This document shows positions 41,263-51,180 of a stretch of 64,000 bases of DNA, piece after piece (position 1 is the first letter of the stretch; the number at the start of each line of letters is the position of its first letter). The notes under the pieces were generated by a model that was not told the DNA's origin, did not search any database, and worked only from the letters and a program-made list of their open reading frames with translations. Origin of the DNA: Candidatus Poribacteria bacterium (GTDB taxonomy: Bacteria > Poribacteria > WGA-4E > WGA-3G); NCBI GenBank assembly GCA_963422705.1, contig OY730443.1, forward strand, positions 286,694-350,693. The letters are read 5' to 3'. The position numbers were made by a program, and so were the translations under genes.

Positions 41263-41892
41263 CTATTCCGGTATCTCAAAGAGGGGGATTCCATGTTTTT
41301 TACACGCTGTTAATAGCTTGTTGTGTATAACGTCACGGCAAAGCGCACCATCTATCACTTTAACCCGTTCGGGTTCCGCTTTCGCGATGGCGAGGTATCC
41401 TTCGCGCACTTTACGATGATATTCTAACGGCTCCCTGTCTAGCCGGTTTTGATGGCGCTGAAATTGCCGTTGTATCCCAACCTCTGGTGATAAATCGAGT
41501 AAAAACGTGAGGGCTGGGCGGATATCTTCTGTAGCAATCTTATTTAATTGTTTGATGAGTGTGATGTCGATGCCACCGCGGTAGCCTTGATAAGCGATGC
41601 TTGCATCAATGAATCTATCACAGATGACAATTTTGTTCGCTTCGAGTGCCGGCCGGATGATTTCGGAGACGTGTTGCACGCGGGCTGCCGCAATTAGCAA
41701 TAACTCAGTCGTTGGCATGATGCCATCGGAATTGAGAAAAATGTCTCGTATCCGTTCAGAAATTGCAGTGCCTCCGGGTTCCCGGGTGACAATGACATTC
41801 GTATCGAGGGCAGCTGCCAATCTGTTCGCCTGCGTTGTTTTACCGGCGCCCTCCACGCCTTCAACTGTAATCAAAAATCCGGACTGTGCCAT
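41263..41892 (-). CDS. tmk: thymidylate kinase
   Basis: FITVEGVEGAGKTTQ P-loop, DRF motif. 209 aa. Confidence 0.9.
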   Translation of the reverse strand: MAQSGFLITVEGVEGAGKTTQANRLAAALDTNVIVTREPGGTAISERIRDIFLNSDGIMPTTELLLIAAARVQHVSEIIRPALEANKIVICDRFIDASIAYQGYRGGIDITLIKQLNKIATEDIRPALTFLLDLSPEVGIQRQFQRHQNRLDREPLEYHRKVREGYLAIAKAEPERVKVIDGALCRDVIHNKLLTACKKHGIPLFEIPE

Positions 41893-42249
41893 TGGCTCCC
41901 CTTATGAATTTAGGTGAATTGTTCCTTCAAATTTTAGCACGTCGTGCTTTGGATGTCAATCGGAATTTTGGCGGAACAGAGGCCCTGTTCTCCCATGTCA
42001 AAATTTGACAAGATTCATTTTTTGTGTTACCCTATTGAAATATATGTTTTTTTCAGGCGTGATGCTGTGTATCGTGTATTTTAGAATTATTTGGACATCA
42101 TTTTTTATATTTATGTATCCCCACCTAACCTGCCGGCCAAAGCGCGTGTGTGCTTTGTAGCGATTCTTTCCGGGTTCGCTTGCCGAGATGTTCACTATAA
42201 CTGTCCTGTTCGGAGATTTCAACTATTATCTTCGGTTTACGGGTATTCG

Positions 42250-43694
42250 GGCGTAAAGCCCAATCCTTTAGGTTTGGGATATAAGCCCGCTAAGGGGCCT
42301 AATCCTTGTGAAATAAAATTGACTTTTCCAAAAAAATGTGGTATCATTAATAGTATCAAGTTGGCAGACAGGTTTAGCAGAATCGCAAGGTTCTGTGTCT
42401 GCCTCCCCACTGAAACGGAGTTAAAGACTTGATACTTGATAGTCCATGAAAACCTATAAATACCCGCTTGGGAAACAATCTAATACGATGCGCATTGGCA
42501 ATCTGCTTGACGATATGTGGCAGGTGCATGTCTATTTCCATAAGTGGCAGCGTCAACGACATAAAGACGGCTTGCCGTATGCCAACTACGCTGCAATGTG
42601 TCAACATGCATGCATATTGAAACGAACCACACATCCACATTGGAAGTTGTTGCCAAGCCAAGGGCTCCAAGCAGAGTTGGAACGAATTGATAATGCGTAT
42701 CAAAGGTTCTTTAATAAACGGGGAGGTAACCCCCATATCAAACCGGAGCATAAGTTTAAGTCTATCACGCTGAAACAAACTGGATTTAAACTTCTTACAC
42801 TCACATGTCGTCAGTAGGATAAAGGGAAGTGGCGATTTGATAAAGTGCCTTATACGTTTCATAAACACCGCCAGTGGCATGGAAAACTCAGGCGTATCAC
42901 CATCAAACGTGATACTTGTGGCGACTATTGGCTTTACATCATAACGGATTACGCGGATTTTTTACCGCTGCCGACAACAGGTAAAAGCGTTGGGGCAGAC
43001 TTCGGAATGAAAGACGCGTACTTGACACTTAGCACGGGTGAGAAAATCCAACACCCACAACCTTTGAAACAGTCCTTGAATAAACTTCGGACTCTCAATA
43101 AAGCGTTTTCTCGTAAAGTTAAAGGTTCTAACGGGTGGTGGCGGTGTGTCAGGCAACTTGCACGTCTGTATCGGAAAATCAGCAACCACCGCGAAACGGC
43201 GGTTTCGCCCTACGCTAAAGATTTTCACTGGCAACTGGCAAGTGAACTTTGTAAAAAGTTTGATATCATTGTCCTTGAGACATTGAACCTTGACGGCATG
43301 AAACGCCTGTGGGGGCGTAAAGTCTCGGAACTCGCCTTCTACCAGTTCGTTCAGATATTGGAATATAAGTGCGGTAAACATAAACGTATGAGGAAACAAA
43401 TCGGACAATGGACGCCGACAACGAAGCCGTGTTCAGATTGTGGGTATCACAACAAAGAACTAAGACTTTCAGATAGGCAGTGGACATGCCTCGACTGTGG
43501 TTCACACCACGATAGAGACATCAACGCTGCGCTAAACATTTTGCGGGCAGGGATAGCCGTCACGTGACGATATGCCTGTAGAAACCTACAGGGAAACGCC
43601 CGCTGGTGGAGCGACAGTAAGACGGTTGACTCTATGAGAAAACCGCAGTTGCTACGAAACCGAAGCCCCACGCTTTAGCGTGTGGGTGCTATCA
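42250..43694 (+). mobile_element. IS200/IS605-family element copy C (tnpB-only)
   Basis: LE hairpin cccaatcctttaggtttggg at 42259-42278. Promoter TTGACT-17-TATCAT with tgTGg at 42319-42347. Structured leader at 42352-42436. RE hairpin ccccacgctttagcgtgtggg about 43666-43686. Terminal gctatcac. Confidence 0.7.
42446..43567 (+). pseudogene. tnpB: tnpB copy C with an in-frame amber codon
   Basis: A single reading frame is interrupted by TAG at 42815-42817. Otherwise the motifs are complete: GADFGMKD, VLETLNLDGMKR, CSDCGY...CLDCGS, HDRDINAALNI. Confidence 0.7.
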
Positions 43695-43749
43695 CAAAAC
43701 GTGTTACCCTCTCAATGCGAGTGATAAGTAGGATGAAGAAAGGTTCATA

Positions 43750-46326
43750 ATGAAACCCTACCCCGACAAAATGTGGAAATTTAAAAACCCCGATATAAAT
43801 GAAAGTTTAACCTTAGCAGCGGAACTAGGCGTTTCTCCACTAGTTGCCCAACTCCTCATGAATCGCGGGCAGAAAACCGTCTCTGAAGCGCGTCGCTATC
43901 TCTATCCGCAGTTTGATGAGCTGCATTCGCCTTTTAAACTGGCGGATATGGATAAAGCGGTAGATAGGATAAGACGTGCGATAAAACGGGGTGAAAAAAT
44001 CTATATCTACGGTGACTATGATGCTGATGGGACGACAGCGACGGCGCTATTGTACAACGCATTCCGTCATATCGACGTGCCTGTCGAGACGTACATTCCT
44101 AATCGATTTAGAGACGGCTATGGATTGAGTAAAGGGACGGTAGAAGAGATTAGTAAAAGGGGTGGGCAATTACTCATTACAGTTGACTGCGGGATTACCT
44201 CTAAAGCGGAGGTGGAATTAGCGAATACGCTGGGTATCGACGTTATCATCACGGACCATCATCAGCCAAATCCGGCGTTTCACCCGCCGGCGTACGCCCT
44301 GGTTTCACCGCTGGTGGATGGCAATGAGTATCCGTCCCCCAATTTAGCGGGTGTTGGCCTCGCGTACAAATTGGCACAAGGCTTAATAGACGATAAAATG
44401 TTTCTGATATCGCTACTGGATTTGGTAGTATTAGGAACAGTTGTGGACTTAGCGCCACTGACTAGTGAGAATCGGGTTTTGAGCCGTCTCGGTTTAAATG
44501 TTCTCAATAAGCGGGAGCGTCCGGGTATCAATGCGCTCTGCGATGTAGCTGGCTATGATGCATCAGAACCGCTTTCCGGGCAATCCCTCTCTTTCCATTT
44601 GGGCCCGCGTATCAACGCTCCCGGTAGGATGGATACGGCTGCGAAGGTGGTGGAATTATTCACGACAGAATCCGATGATGTGGCAAAACGGATTGCTTCG
44701 GAGCTCAATGAGAAAAACCGTGAGCGTCAAATATTGGAAGCGAGCATTCGAGATAAGGCGGAACAAATTATTAAAGCGGAAATGGACGAGACTACCGTCG
44801 GCATGGTGATTGCGAGCGATTCATGGGACGATAAGGCGCAAGGCGTAGTCGGTATTGTGGCCGGCCGTTTACTTGAAACGTATCATAAACCGGTCTTTGT
44901 CATTTCTATTAAGGGTGAAGAGGCGACGGGCTCTGGGCGGTGTATCGAGGGCATGAACCTGGCGGACAGTTTAAAAAGCTGCAGCAATTTACTCATAAAA
45001 CACGGCGGCCATGCTGCGGCTGCCGGTGTGACGCTCACGTCGAAAAATATACCGGAGTTTAAGCGTTTTTTCAACGAGTATGCCCGTAGAGAACTGTCGT
45101 CAGACGCCCTTCAACCGAAATTGGAACTTGATTGTGAAACGAATCTCTCCTTATTGACGTTAAGCACCGTAGAGGAACTAAGACAATTAGAACCATTTGG
45201 GCGGGAAAACCCGGCCCCCCGTTTTAGTACGTCGCATGTTAAAATTAGTGGTTCCCCTTCACTGATGGGAAAAGATAAACAAAATCTACGGATGGTTATC
45301 CAGGACGGCAACAGCAAACGCACTGCGATTGCTTGGGGTAGAGGTAAGCACCTTGTCACACTCAAACGTGAGGATTTATCACTCAGAATCGCTTTTTCAC
45401 CGCAAATCAACAAATGGCGGGGTACCTCGTCTGTTCAACTGGTTTTAAAAGACTGGCGGCTCCGGCCCAACAGTTGTGAGCGGGCGGTATTTCCGACGAG
45501 CCGGGGCGCCTCGAGTGCCCAAATTGTTGATGGGCGCGGAAAAAATAAAAAAGACTATCTTTTAAACTTGATTTCGCTCGGCAAACCTTGTATTCTATAT
45601 GTCCAAAATGGCGAGATGCTGGAACATCTGATAACCCGCATGATTCCTGAAAAAGCCCCTTATCTTGCGTTGCATGATGAATCCATGTCTGTAGACGAAG
45701 AAGCAACATTATTAAAAAAATTAGAACAAAGAGAGCTAAAAGTCATTGCTTCGAGTGCTAATTTTTCTCAACTGAACGAATTTTCTTTCGTCAAATATTT
45801 TATATTCTGCCACCTAACTCCGGGGGCAGACGAGTTTTTTAAGCGATGTCGTCCTGCTTTCGCCTCTGCCGGGGCTTCGGAATTACATCTTATCTACAAT
45901 GGTTCAGATTTAAAGCGGCTGACGGACTGGGTATCTCAAAAGTATCCTGGGGATGCGGTGCTGAGAGCGTTGTACAAAAATTTGCGCGCGGTGATAGAGC
46001 GCCACGGTTCAGATGAATTTCCTGAAGTTGAGTTGATGAATAGGAAGTTAGATGACAGGGCTTCCGTTCAAACGGCGCTCACTATCTTTGAAGAATTGGG
46101 TTTCCTAAAACGGCACGGAGAACGATTACAGCTTCTGACATCGCAGAAGCGAAAGTTAACCCGTTCGAAAACCTATTTGAGAGGAGAATGGATTAAACAG
46201 ACGCGCCGTTCGTTCGTGGATTTTCAATTACAAAAGGACATTAAACCGATTTGGGAGTGGATAGAAAATGAGTGTCACCTCACTAATCAGCCAAATTCAG
46301 AATTACAATCTGGGTGCCGACGTTGA
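43750..46326 (+). CDS. recJ: single-stranded-DNA-specific exonuclease RecJ with an about 290-aa C-terminal extension
   Basis: DHH motifs YGDYDADGTTA, ITDHH. DHHA1 region GGHAAAAG. 858 aa. Confidence 0.85.
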   Translation: MKPYPDKMWKFKNPDINESLTLAAELGVSPLVAQLLMNRGQKTVSEARRYLYPQFDELHSPFKLADMDKAVDRIRRAIKRGEKIYIYGDYDADGTTATALLYNAFRHIDVPVETYIPNRFRDGYGLSKGTVEEISKRGGQLLITVDCGITSKAEVELANTLGIDVIITDHHQPNPAFHPPAYALVSPLVDGNEYPSPNLAGVGLAYKLAQGLIDDKMFLISLLDLVVLGTVVDLAPLTSENRVLSRLGLNVLNKRERPGINALCDVAGYDASEPLSGQSLSFHLGPRINAPGRMDTAAKVVELFTTESDDVAKRIASELNEKNRERQILEASIRDKAEQIIKAEMDETTVGMVIASDSWDDKAQGVVGIVAGRLLETYHKPVFVISIKGEEATGSGRCIEGMNLADSLKSCSNLLIKHGGHAAAAGVTLTSKNIPEFKRFFNEYARRELSSDALQPKLELDCETNLSLLTLSTVEELRQLEPFGRENPAPRFSTSHVKISGSPSLMGKDKQNLRMVIQDGNSKRTAIAWGRGKHLVTLKREDLSLRIAFSPQINKWRGTSSVQLVLKDWRLRPNSCERAVFPTSRGASSAQIVDGRGKNKKDYLLNLISLGKPCILYVQNGEMLEHLITRMIPEKAPYLALHDESMSVDEEATLLKKLEQRELKVIASSANFSQLNEFSFVKYFIFCHLTPGADEFFKRCRPAFASAGASELHLIYNGSDLKRLTDWVSQKYPGDAVLRALYKNLRAVIERHGSDEFPEVELMNRKLDDRASVQTALTIFEELGFLKRHGERLQLLTSQKRKLTRSKTYLRGEWIKQTRRSFVDFQLQKDIKPIWEWIENECHLTNQPNSELQSGCRR

Positions 46327-48436
46327 GCTTCTTAAACGGTGTTACCATTTTGCAGAGAAGGCGCATGAGGGGCAGCAGCGGAAATCTGGGGCGCCGTATT
46401 TTACGCACTGCTTGAAAACCGCTGAAGAACTCGTGAGTTTGCGTTTGGATACCGATACGATTTGTGCCGGACTTCTGCACGATGTACTTGAAGATACCGG
46501 GGTAACGAGGGAAGAAATGGTGGTGCGCTTCGGACGTAACATCACGAACCTTGTTGAGGGCGTAACTAAAATCGGGCAGTATAAATTCCGGGGCGGGCAG
46601 CGACAGCGACAAGGGGAAACCTATAGAAAACTGCTTTTAGCAACTGCTGAAGACATGCGCGTCATCCTGATTAAACTCGCTGACAGGTTGCATAATATGG
46701 AAACGTTGAAGTTTCTATCCGATGAGAAGTGCCAGCGCATTGCAAAAGAGACGCTTGAGATTTATGCCCCAATTGCGCATCGATTGGGGATTTGGCGTAT
46801 CATGGGCCGCCTTGAAGATTTGGCATTCAAACGTCTCTACCCCGATGAATATCGCGATATCGCAAATTTGTTGGATGTGAAACTGATTGAACGCGAAGTG
46901 TACTGTCAAAAGATGGTGACGCAGATTCGCGATGAACTTGAAAAACAGGATATTTTCGCGGATGTACACGGTAGAACAAAGCATATCTACAGCATCTATC
47001 AGAAGATGCAACAGAAAAACACCCCATTCAAGGAAATTTGCGATTTAATAGGCATTCGTATCCTCGCGAAAACCGAAATAGACTGTTATATGGCACTGCA
47101 CGCCTTACATCAGAATTGGCACTATCTCCCAAATCGGGTTCGAGATTGGATTGGACTACCGAAGAAAAATGGATATCAGTCGCTTCATACTACCATTGTA
47201 GATAATGGGAAACCGGTTGAAATTCAGATTCGGAGTTATGAGATGCACAAGGTTGCAGAAGATGGTATCGCCGCGCATTGGAGCTATAAGGAAGGGGTTC
47301 CCACCAGTAAACAGGGGCGTTCAATTTTCTCTAACTATAAACAGATGCTAAATGACTTACAAGATACACAAGAAGGGGCGCATCAATTCGTTGAATCCAT
47401 GAAACTGGGCCTCTTACAGGATGAGGTGTACATCTTTTCGCCAAAGGGCGACTTATTTGCCTTACCCGTTGGTTCAACAGCGATTGACTTCGCCTATAAA
47501 ATTCACACCGATATCGGGCATACCTGTTCCGGTGTAGAAATAAATGGGGTAACCGCCCCCATCCGGCAGGAACTTCAAACGGGGGACAGGGTTCATATAC
47601 GCACACATACGTATAGTAATCCGAGCCGAAACTGGTCACGCCATGTCAAAACCGCGAATGCTCGAAGCAAAATTAAAGCCTGGTTTCGGGAGAAGGATAG
47701 AGCCGGCGCGCTTGCATTGGGAAAAAAACTGCTTGAAGCTGAATTGCCCGCCTCCTATTTTAACACCCGAAAATATCTCAATTCCCCCAAACTACTTGAT
47801 ATCGTTAAAGCGCTCCAACTCAAAGACGTTGAACAACTTTTAGTTCGCATCGGGCAGGGGTATGAGTCTGCCACCCATGTTGTCAATTTGCTAAAACCGG
47901 AAGTGCCGGAACCGGAAAAACCGGCCCAAAAAGCCTCTTCCAATCCAACCATACAGCTCGAAGACGGGATTGATTTAGGCATGATGCGGTTAATGAAATG
48001 CTGTAATCCGATTCCTGGTGATGAGGTGATTGGGTACGTAACGCGCGGGCGGGGGGTTTCTGTACATAGAACAGGGTGTGTCCGTATTCTTGATGAACCT
48101 GAACGACTTCTTGCCGTCAAATGGCCGGATAAACCCCCTCCCGAAAATGCAAGTAGCCTCCCGGATACCTATCCGGCAGAAATTTGCGTCGAGTGCATCG
48201 ACAGCTTCGGCATGCTCGGTAAAATCGCGACTGTCATTGGACACTACAAGGTAAACATTCGCTGTGGCACCTTCCAACCATCGCAGACTGAATACGGGAA
48301 CAACAATGCTTATGATGTCCTCACATTGGAAGTGGCAAGAATGGAACAGCTTGAAGAAGTTATGAAAGCGATTCGGCAGTTGAAAGGTGTCCAACGCGTC
48401 AAACGTAAGGGAGTTACAAAATCTTCGCATGCCTGA
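46268..48436 (+). CDS. rel: bifunctional (p)ppGpp synthetase/hydrolase (RelA/SpoT homolog)
   Basis: HD hydrolase domain (HCL...HDVLEDT). Synthetase domain. TGS and ACT C-terminal regions. 722 aa. Confidence 0.9.
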   Translation: MSVTSLISQIQNYNLGADVELLKRCYHFAEKAHEGQQRKSGAPYFTHCLKTAEELVSLRLDTDTICAGLLHDVLEDTGVTREEMVVRFGRNITNLVEGVTKIGQYKFRGGQRQRQGETYRKLLLATAEDMRVILIKLADRLHNMETLKFLSDEKCQRIAKETLEIYAPIAHRLGIWRIMGRLEDLAFKRLYPDEYRDIANLLDVKLIEREVYCQKMVTQIRDELEKQDIFADVHGRTKHIYSIYQKMQQKNTPFKEICDLIGIRILAKTEIDCYMALHALHQNWHYLPNRVRDWIGLPKKNGYQSLHTTIVDNGKPVEIQIRSYEMHKVAEDGIAAHWSYKEGVPTSKQGRSIFSNYKQMLNDLQDTQEGAHQFVESMKLGLLQDEVYIFSPKGDLFALPVGSTAIDFAYKIHTDIGHTCSGVEINGVTAPIRQELQTGDRVHIRTHTYSNPSRNWSRHVKTANARSKIKAWFREKDRAGALALGKKLLEAELPASYFNTRKYLNSPKLLDIVKALQLKDVEQLLVRIGQGYESATHVVNLLKPEVPEPEKPAQKASSNPTIQLEDGIDLGMMRLMKCCNPIPGDEVIGYVTRGRGVSVHRTGCVRILDEPERLLAVKWPDKPPPENASSLPDTYPAEICVECIDSFGMLGKIATVIGHYKVNIRCGTFQPSQTEYGNNNAYDVLTLEVARMEQLEEVMKAIRQLKGVQRVKRKGVTKSSHA

Positions 48437-48489
48437 TTGAATGTAACAGACATTGGTGCGTAAAGTATGTTGTCGCCGCGCTTGTCATC

Positions 48490-48702
48490 TTATATCGGAG
48501 GGGGCATTCTTGAAACGACTTTGGTGACTTTGCCACCCCGTATACACTTGGTGCAGACGCGAATCCGGCGCACACCCTCTTCGGTTTGCACGCGCACACG
48601 TTGGAGGTTTGGAAGCCACCTGCGTTTTGTGTGCCGAAGTGATTTGCTAATCTGATTCCCTGTTATCGGGCGTTTACTACAAATACTACAGACTCGGGAC
48701 AT
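48490..48702 (-). CDS. rpmB: 50S ribosomal protein L28
   Basis: MSRVC...GKRPITGN...KRRWLPNL signature. 70 aa. Confidence 0.85.
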   Translation of the reverse strand: MSRVCSICSKRPITGNQISKSLRHTKRRWLPNLQRVRVQTEEGVRRIRVCTKCIRGGKVTKVVSRMPPPI

Positions 48703-49064
48703 AATGTATATATCTCCTCGCTTTTCCTTAAATTAAATCAACAAATTGGTTAAACTTATTTTCATCTACAGATTTCGTTAGAGATGTTTCGACAATTCTT
48801 TTCTTATTAAGGATACCACAATTAGTAGGGTAAATACAAATTTTCTTTTTTTTATCCGGACCGTTTCGTTTCTCGTTAAGTCAGGGGTTCTAAGTGAAAA
48901 GAACCCTGTAGGAGAGGCGCTTTTCTTAGAAACTGCCGTTGTCGTGCTCACGAACGCCTTCGCTAATCTAAGCAGATGTTGCAAACGGAATTTGTTGCGC
49001 GAAAAAGAAAAGAGTTGTATAGCATTTTCATGTCTTCACACCCCTGTAACGAAAGAATGAACCG

Positions 49065-49850
49065 ATGATAAAAGAAAAAGTTGTGCTGCTTCTCTTATTC
49101 TTCGCATGCTTGTTCGCATGTGGAGAGGCAGATGAAGAGCTTCCTAAATCCAAATCGCCGCAGGCGCCACTCATACTCGAATATGGGACGATATCAGGTA
49201 CTGTCACGGATGCTAATACACAACACCCAATTCCGGGGGCGGTTGTCACTCTCTTGGAACAACCGTTTAAAATAGGTGGGGATGGAATTTATACGTTCCG
49301 AGACGTTCTTTATGGGGATATCTATATCTTAATTGTTGAGGATGCAGATTACCATTCTTTCGAGCAGCCGTTTGAGATTTATCAGGAACGTCTCGTTTTA
49401 AATGTTGCCCTGACACCGTTACGGGACACAAGTGAAGAGTTACACGAATTTTTGGATAAGCTTTCAGCGCTCTTGGAATCCCTGGATATGGAAAACTTGG
49501 AACGAGTTAAGGCACTCTTCTCAGAATCCTACGTTGCCGCGGATGATGAGGCAACTATCTTTGGTATTTTATCTGGGCTTATTCCGGAAAGTTATGACGA
49601 CGTTATCCCTGTAACGTCAAAACTCTTTCAAGACTACGTTTCGCTTCAATTCCAGTTCAAGGATACCGAAGTAGATATAACGCATGCGAGAAAAGGAGCA
49701 GCAACTCTTCAGCTTGACATAACAGCGGAAAAAGGGGGACAACGCGAACCCCGGGAACTCAAAGCACGTTGTCGGTTCGACTTCCGGCGTGAACAATCGG
49801 ATTGGAAAATTGTCTATTGGCAGCTATTTGAGATAGACATTCGCTTGTAA
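49065..49850 (+). CDS. lipoprotein, hypothetical (carboxypeptidase-regulatory-like beta-sandwich N-terminal domain)
   Basis: Lipobox LFAC after a hydrophobic signal. GTISGTVTDANTQHPIPGAVVTL. Confidence 0.5.
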   Translation: MIKEKVVLLLLFFACLFACGEADEELPKSKSPQAPLILEYGTISGTVTDANTQHPIPGAVVTLLEQPFKIGGDGIYTFRDVLYGDIYILIVEDADYHSFEQPFEIYQERLVLNVALTPLRDTSEELHEFLDKLSALLESLDMENLERVKALFSESYVAADDEATIFGILSGLIPESYDDVIPVTSKLFQDYVSLQFQFKDTEVDITHARKGAATLQLDITAEKGGQREPRELKARCRFDFRREQSDWKIVYWQLFEIDIRL

Positions 49851-49873
49851 CGCGGGACGGATGCTTTAGAATT

Positions 49874-51124
49874 TCATTTAGGTAAATTCAGTGCTGATTT
49901 AGCTTCGGGGATCCGGGGTAAAGTCCTTGATTTCTGCTGAGTCTCACCCTTTTGATGAGTGAGAGACTTTTTTAACGCTTCTAAAACTACCGTGGCGTAG
50001 CCGCCTGCCGGCAGTGTGAAATCGAGATGTAATCTCCCATGGCGCGATGTCACCTGATGCATTTCGATGGGCATTCTTAAGGGGCGGCGCGTCCCCGGCA
50101 GGCGAATTCCTGTAACTTTGCGAAAGGCGTCGGGTTCAACATTTTCTGCTGTCAGAAGTGTTGCTTCCATTGCCTTGCCTTCGCCTGCCGGTTGCTTCAT
50201 TTTATAGCCGAAGATTGGGCCGGAGGGGCTAATCTCAAATGTATCAGCGCGCGCCTGCTCAACTTCAAGGTTATCAACGAGGAACGGGGCGCCGTTGCTA
50301 TGTTTTATTGCGATATCTCCCTCTATCAATTGTCCTAATGCGAATATCCGCTGCTGCAGATAGGAGTTGAAGAGATATGCTTGATAAGCAGACAAGAATA
50401 GTTTGCGAAGACGGTGTGGGATACATCCTATCGCTTTCATTAAAAGTCTCTGTTCTACTGCTTTTTGTGCCCGTTGTCCAACTTCACCCAAAAGCATTGT
50501 CTCATCCGCGAGCAGATAAGACAACGCTGTCTCCCATTCGCCTTGCACCAACGCCTTGCCGATAAGATGTGAATCGTTATTTTGCCCGAAGCGTTGCGGC
50601 CCGAACCGATTCGGCACTCCTTCTTCTGCCAAACGTGGCAACACCTTTTGAGCAAACAACCGGCTACAGGATTCCATCTCGCGAAGCGTTATTTTGAACC
50701 GATTTCCGCGCAGATGTCCTACTCTTAATTTGTGCGGGTGCGGTTTCGCCCACAAAACTTCAACGGCAGGCAGTTCAAGCGCTAAAATCTGTGCGGGTGA
50801 GACACCTTCGAGCGATAATACCTGGGTTGTCACGGCGTTTTTATCCTTTAATCCGGCATACCCGATGTAGCGGGTATTTACCCCCACGGCTTTCGCAATT
50901 CGGCGAATTGCCTCAAATGTGCTCACGTTTTTTTTCCGGATACTAAAGAACGTATGTATACCTATGCCTGACGGTTCATAAAGTGGCAGTTCTTCAACGA
51001 TGAAGTCTTCGGGCACTGTCTTTATTTGCATATACGTCGTTCCTCTAATGCCTAAAAATGATAAAATAGATTCATTTCCGGTGATACTCATCAGCATTAT
51101 AGCTGCTTCCATAGGGGTTGTCAA
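49874..51124 (-). CDS. truD: tRNA pseudouridine(13) synthase
   Basis: YAGLKDKNAVTTQ, VPNRFGPQRFG motifs. The start is probably the internal Met (MQIKTVPEDF). Confidence 0.75.
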   Translation of the reverse strand: MTTPMEAAIMLMSITGNESILSFLGIRGTTYMQIKTVPEDFIVEELPLYEPSGIGIHTFFSIRKKNVSTFEAIRRIAKAVGVNTRYIGYAGLKDKNAVTTQVLSLEGVSPAQILALELPAVEVLWAKPHPHKLRVGHLRGNRFKITLREMESCSRLFAQKVLPRLAEEGVPNRFGPQRFGQNNDSHLIGKALVQGEWETALSYLLADETMLLGEVGQRAQKAVEQRLLMKAIGCIPHRLRKLFLSAYQAYLFNSYLQQRIFALGQLIEGDIAIKHSNGAPFLVDNLEVEQARADTFEISPSGPIFGYKMKQPAGEGKAMEATLLTAENVEPDAFRKVTGIRLPGTRRPLRMPIEMHQVTSRHGRLHLDFTLPAGGYATVVLEALKKSLTHQKGETQQKSRTLPRIPEAKSALNLPK

Positions 51125-51130
51125 ATTTCA

Positions 51131-51159
51131 TTGCTACTGATAATCATTTGTGGTATACT
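51131..51159 (+). promoter_or_regulatory. promoter TTGCTA-17-tgTGgTATACT with strong RBS gaaggaggg
   Basis: Read from the sequence, 22 nt upstream of the ATG at 51181. Same extended -10 flavour as the IS LE promoters. Confidence 0.5.
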
Positions 51160-51180
51160 TAGAAAGAAGGAGGGAACAAC

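Noticed and set aside
41998-42432. ORFs 41998-42222 (-) and 42091-42432 (+)
   Set aside because: They fall in the tmk promoter / IS copy C left-end region, which is occupied by hairpins and the LE promoter. Their composition is AT-rich and low-complexity, with no RBS.
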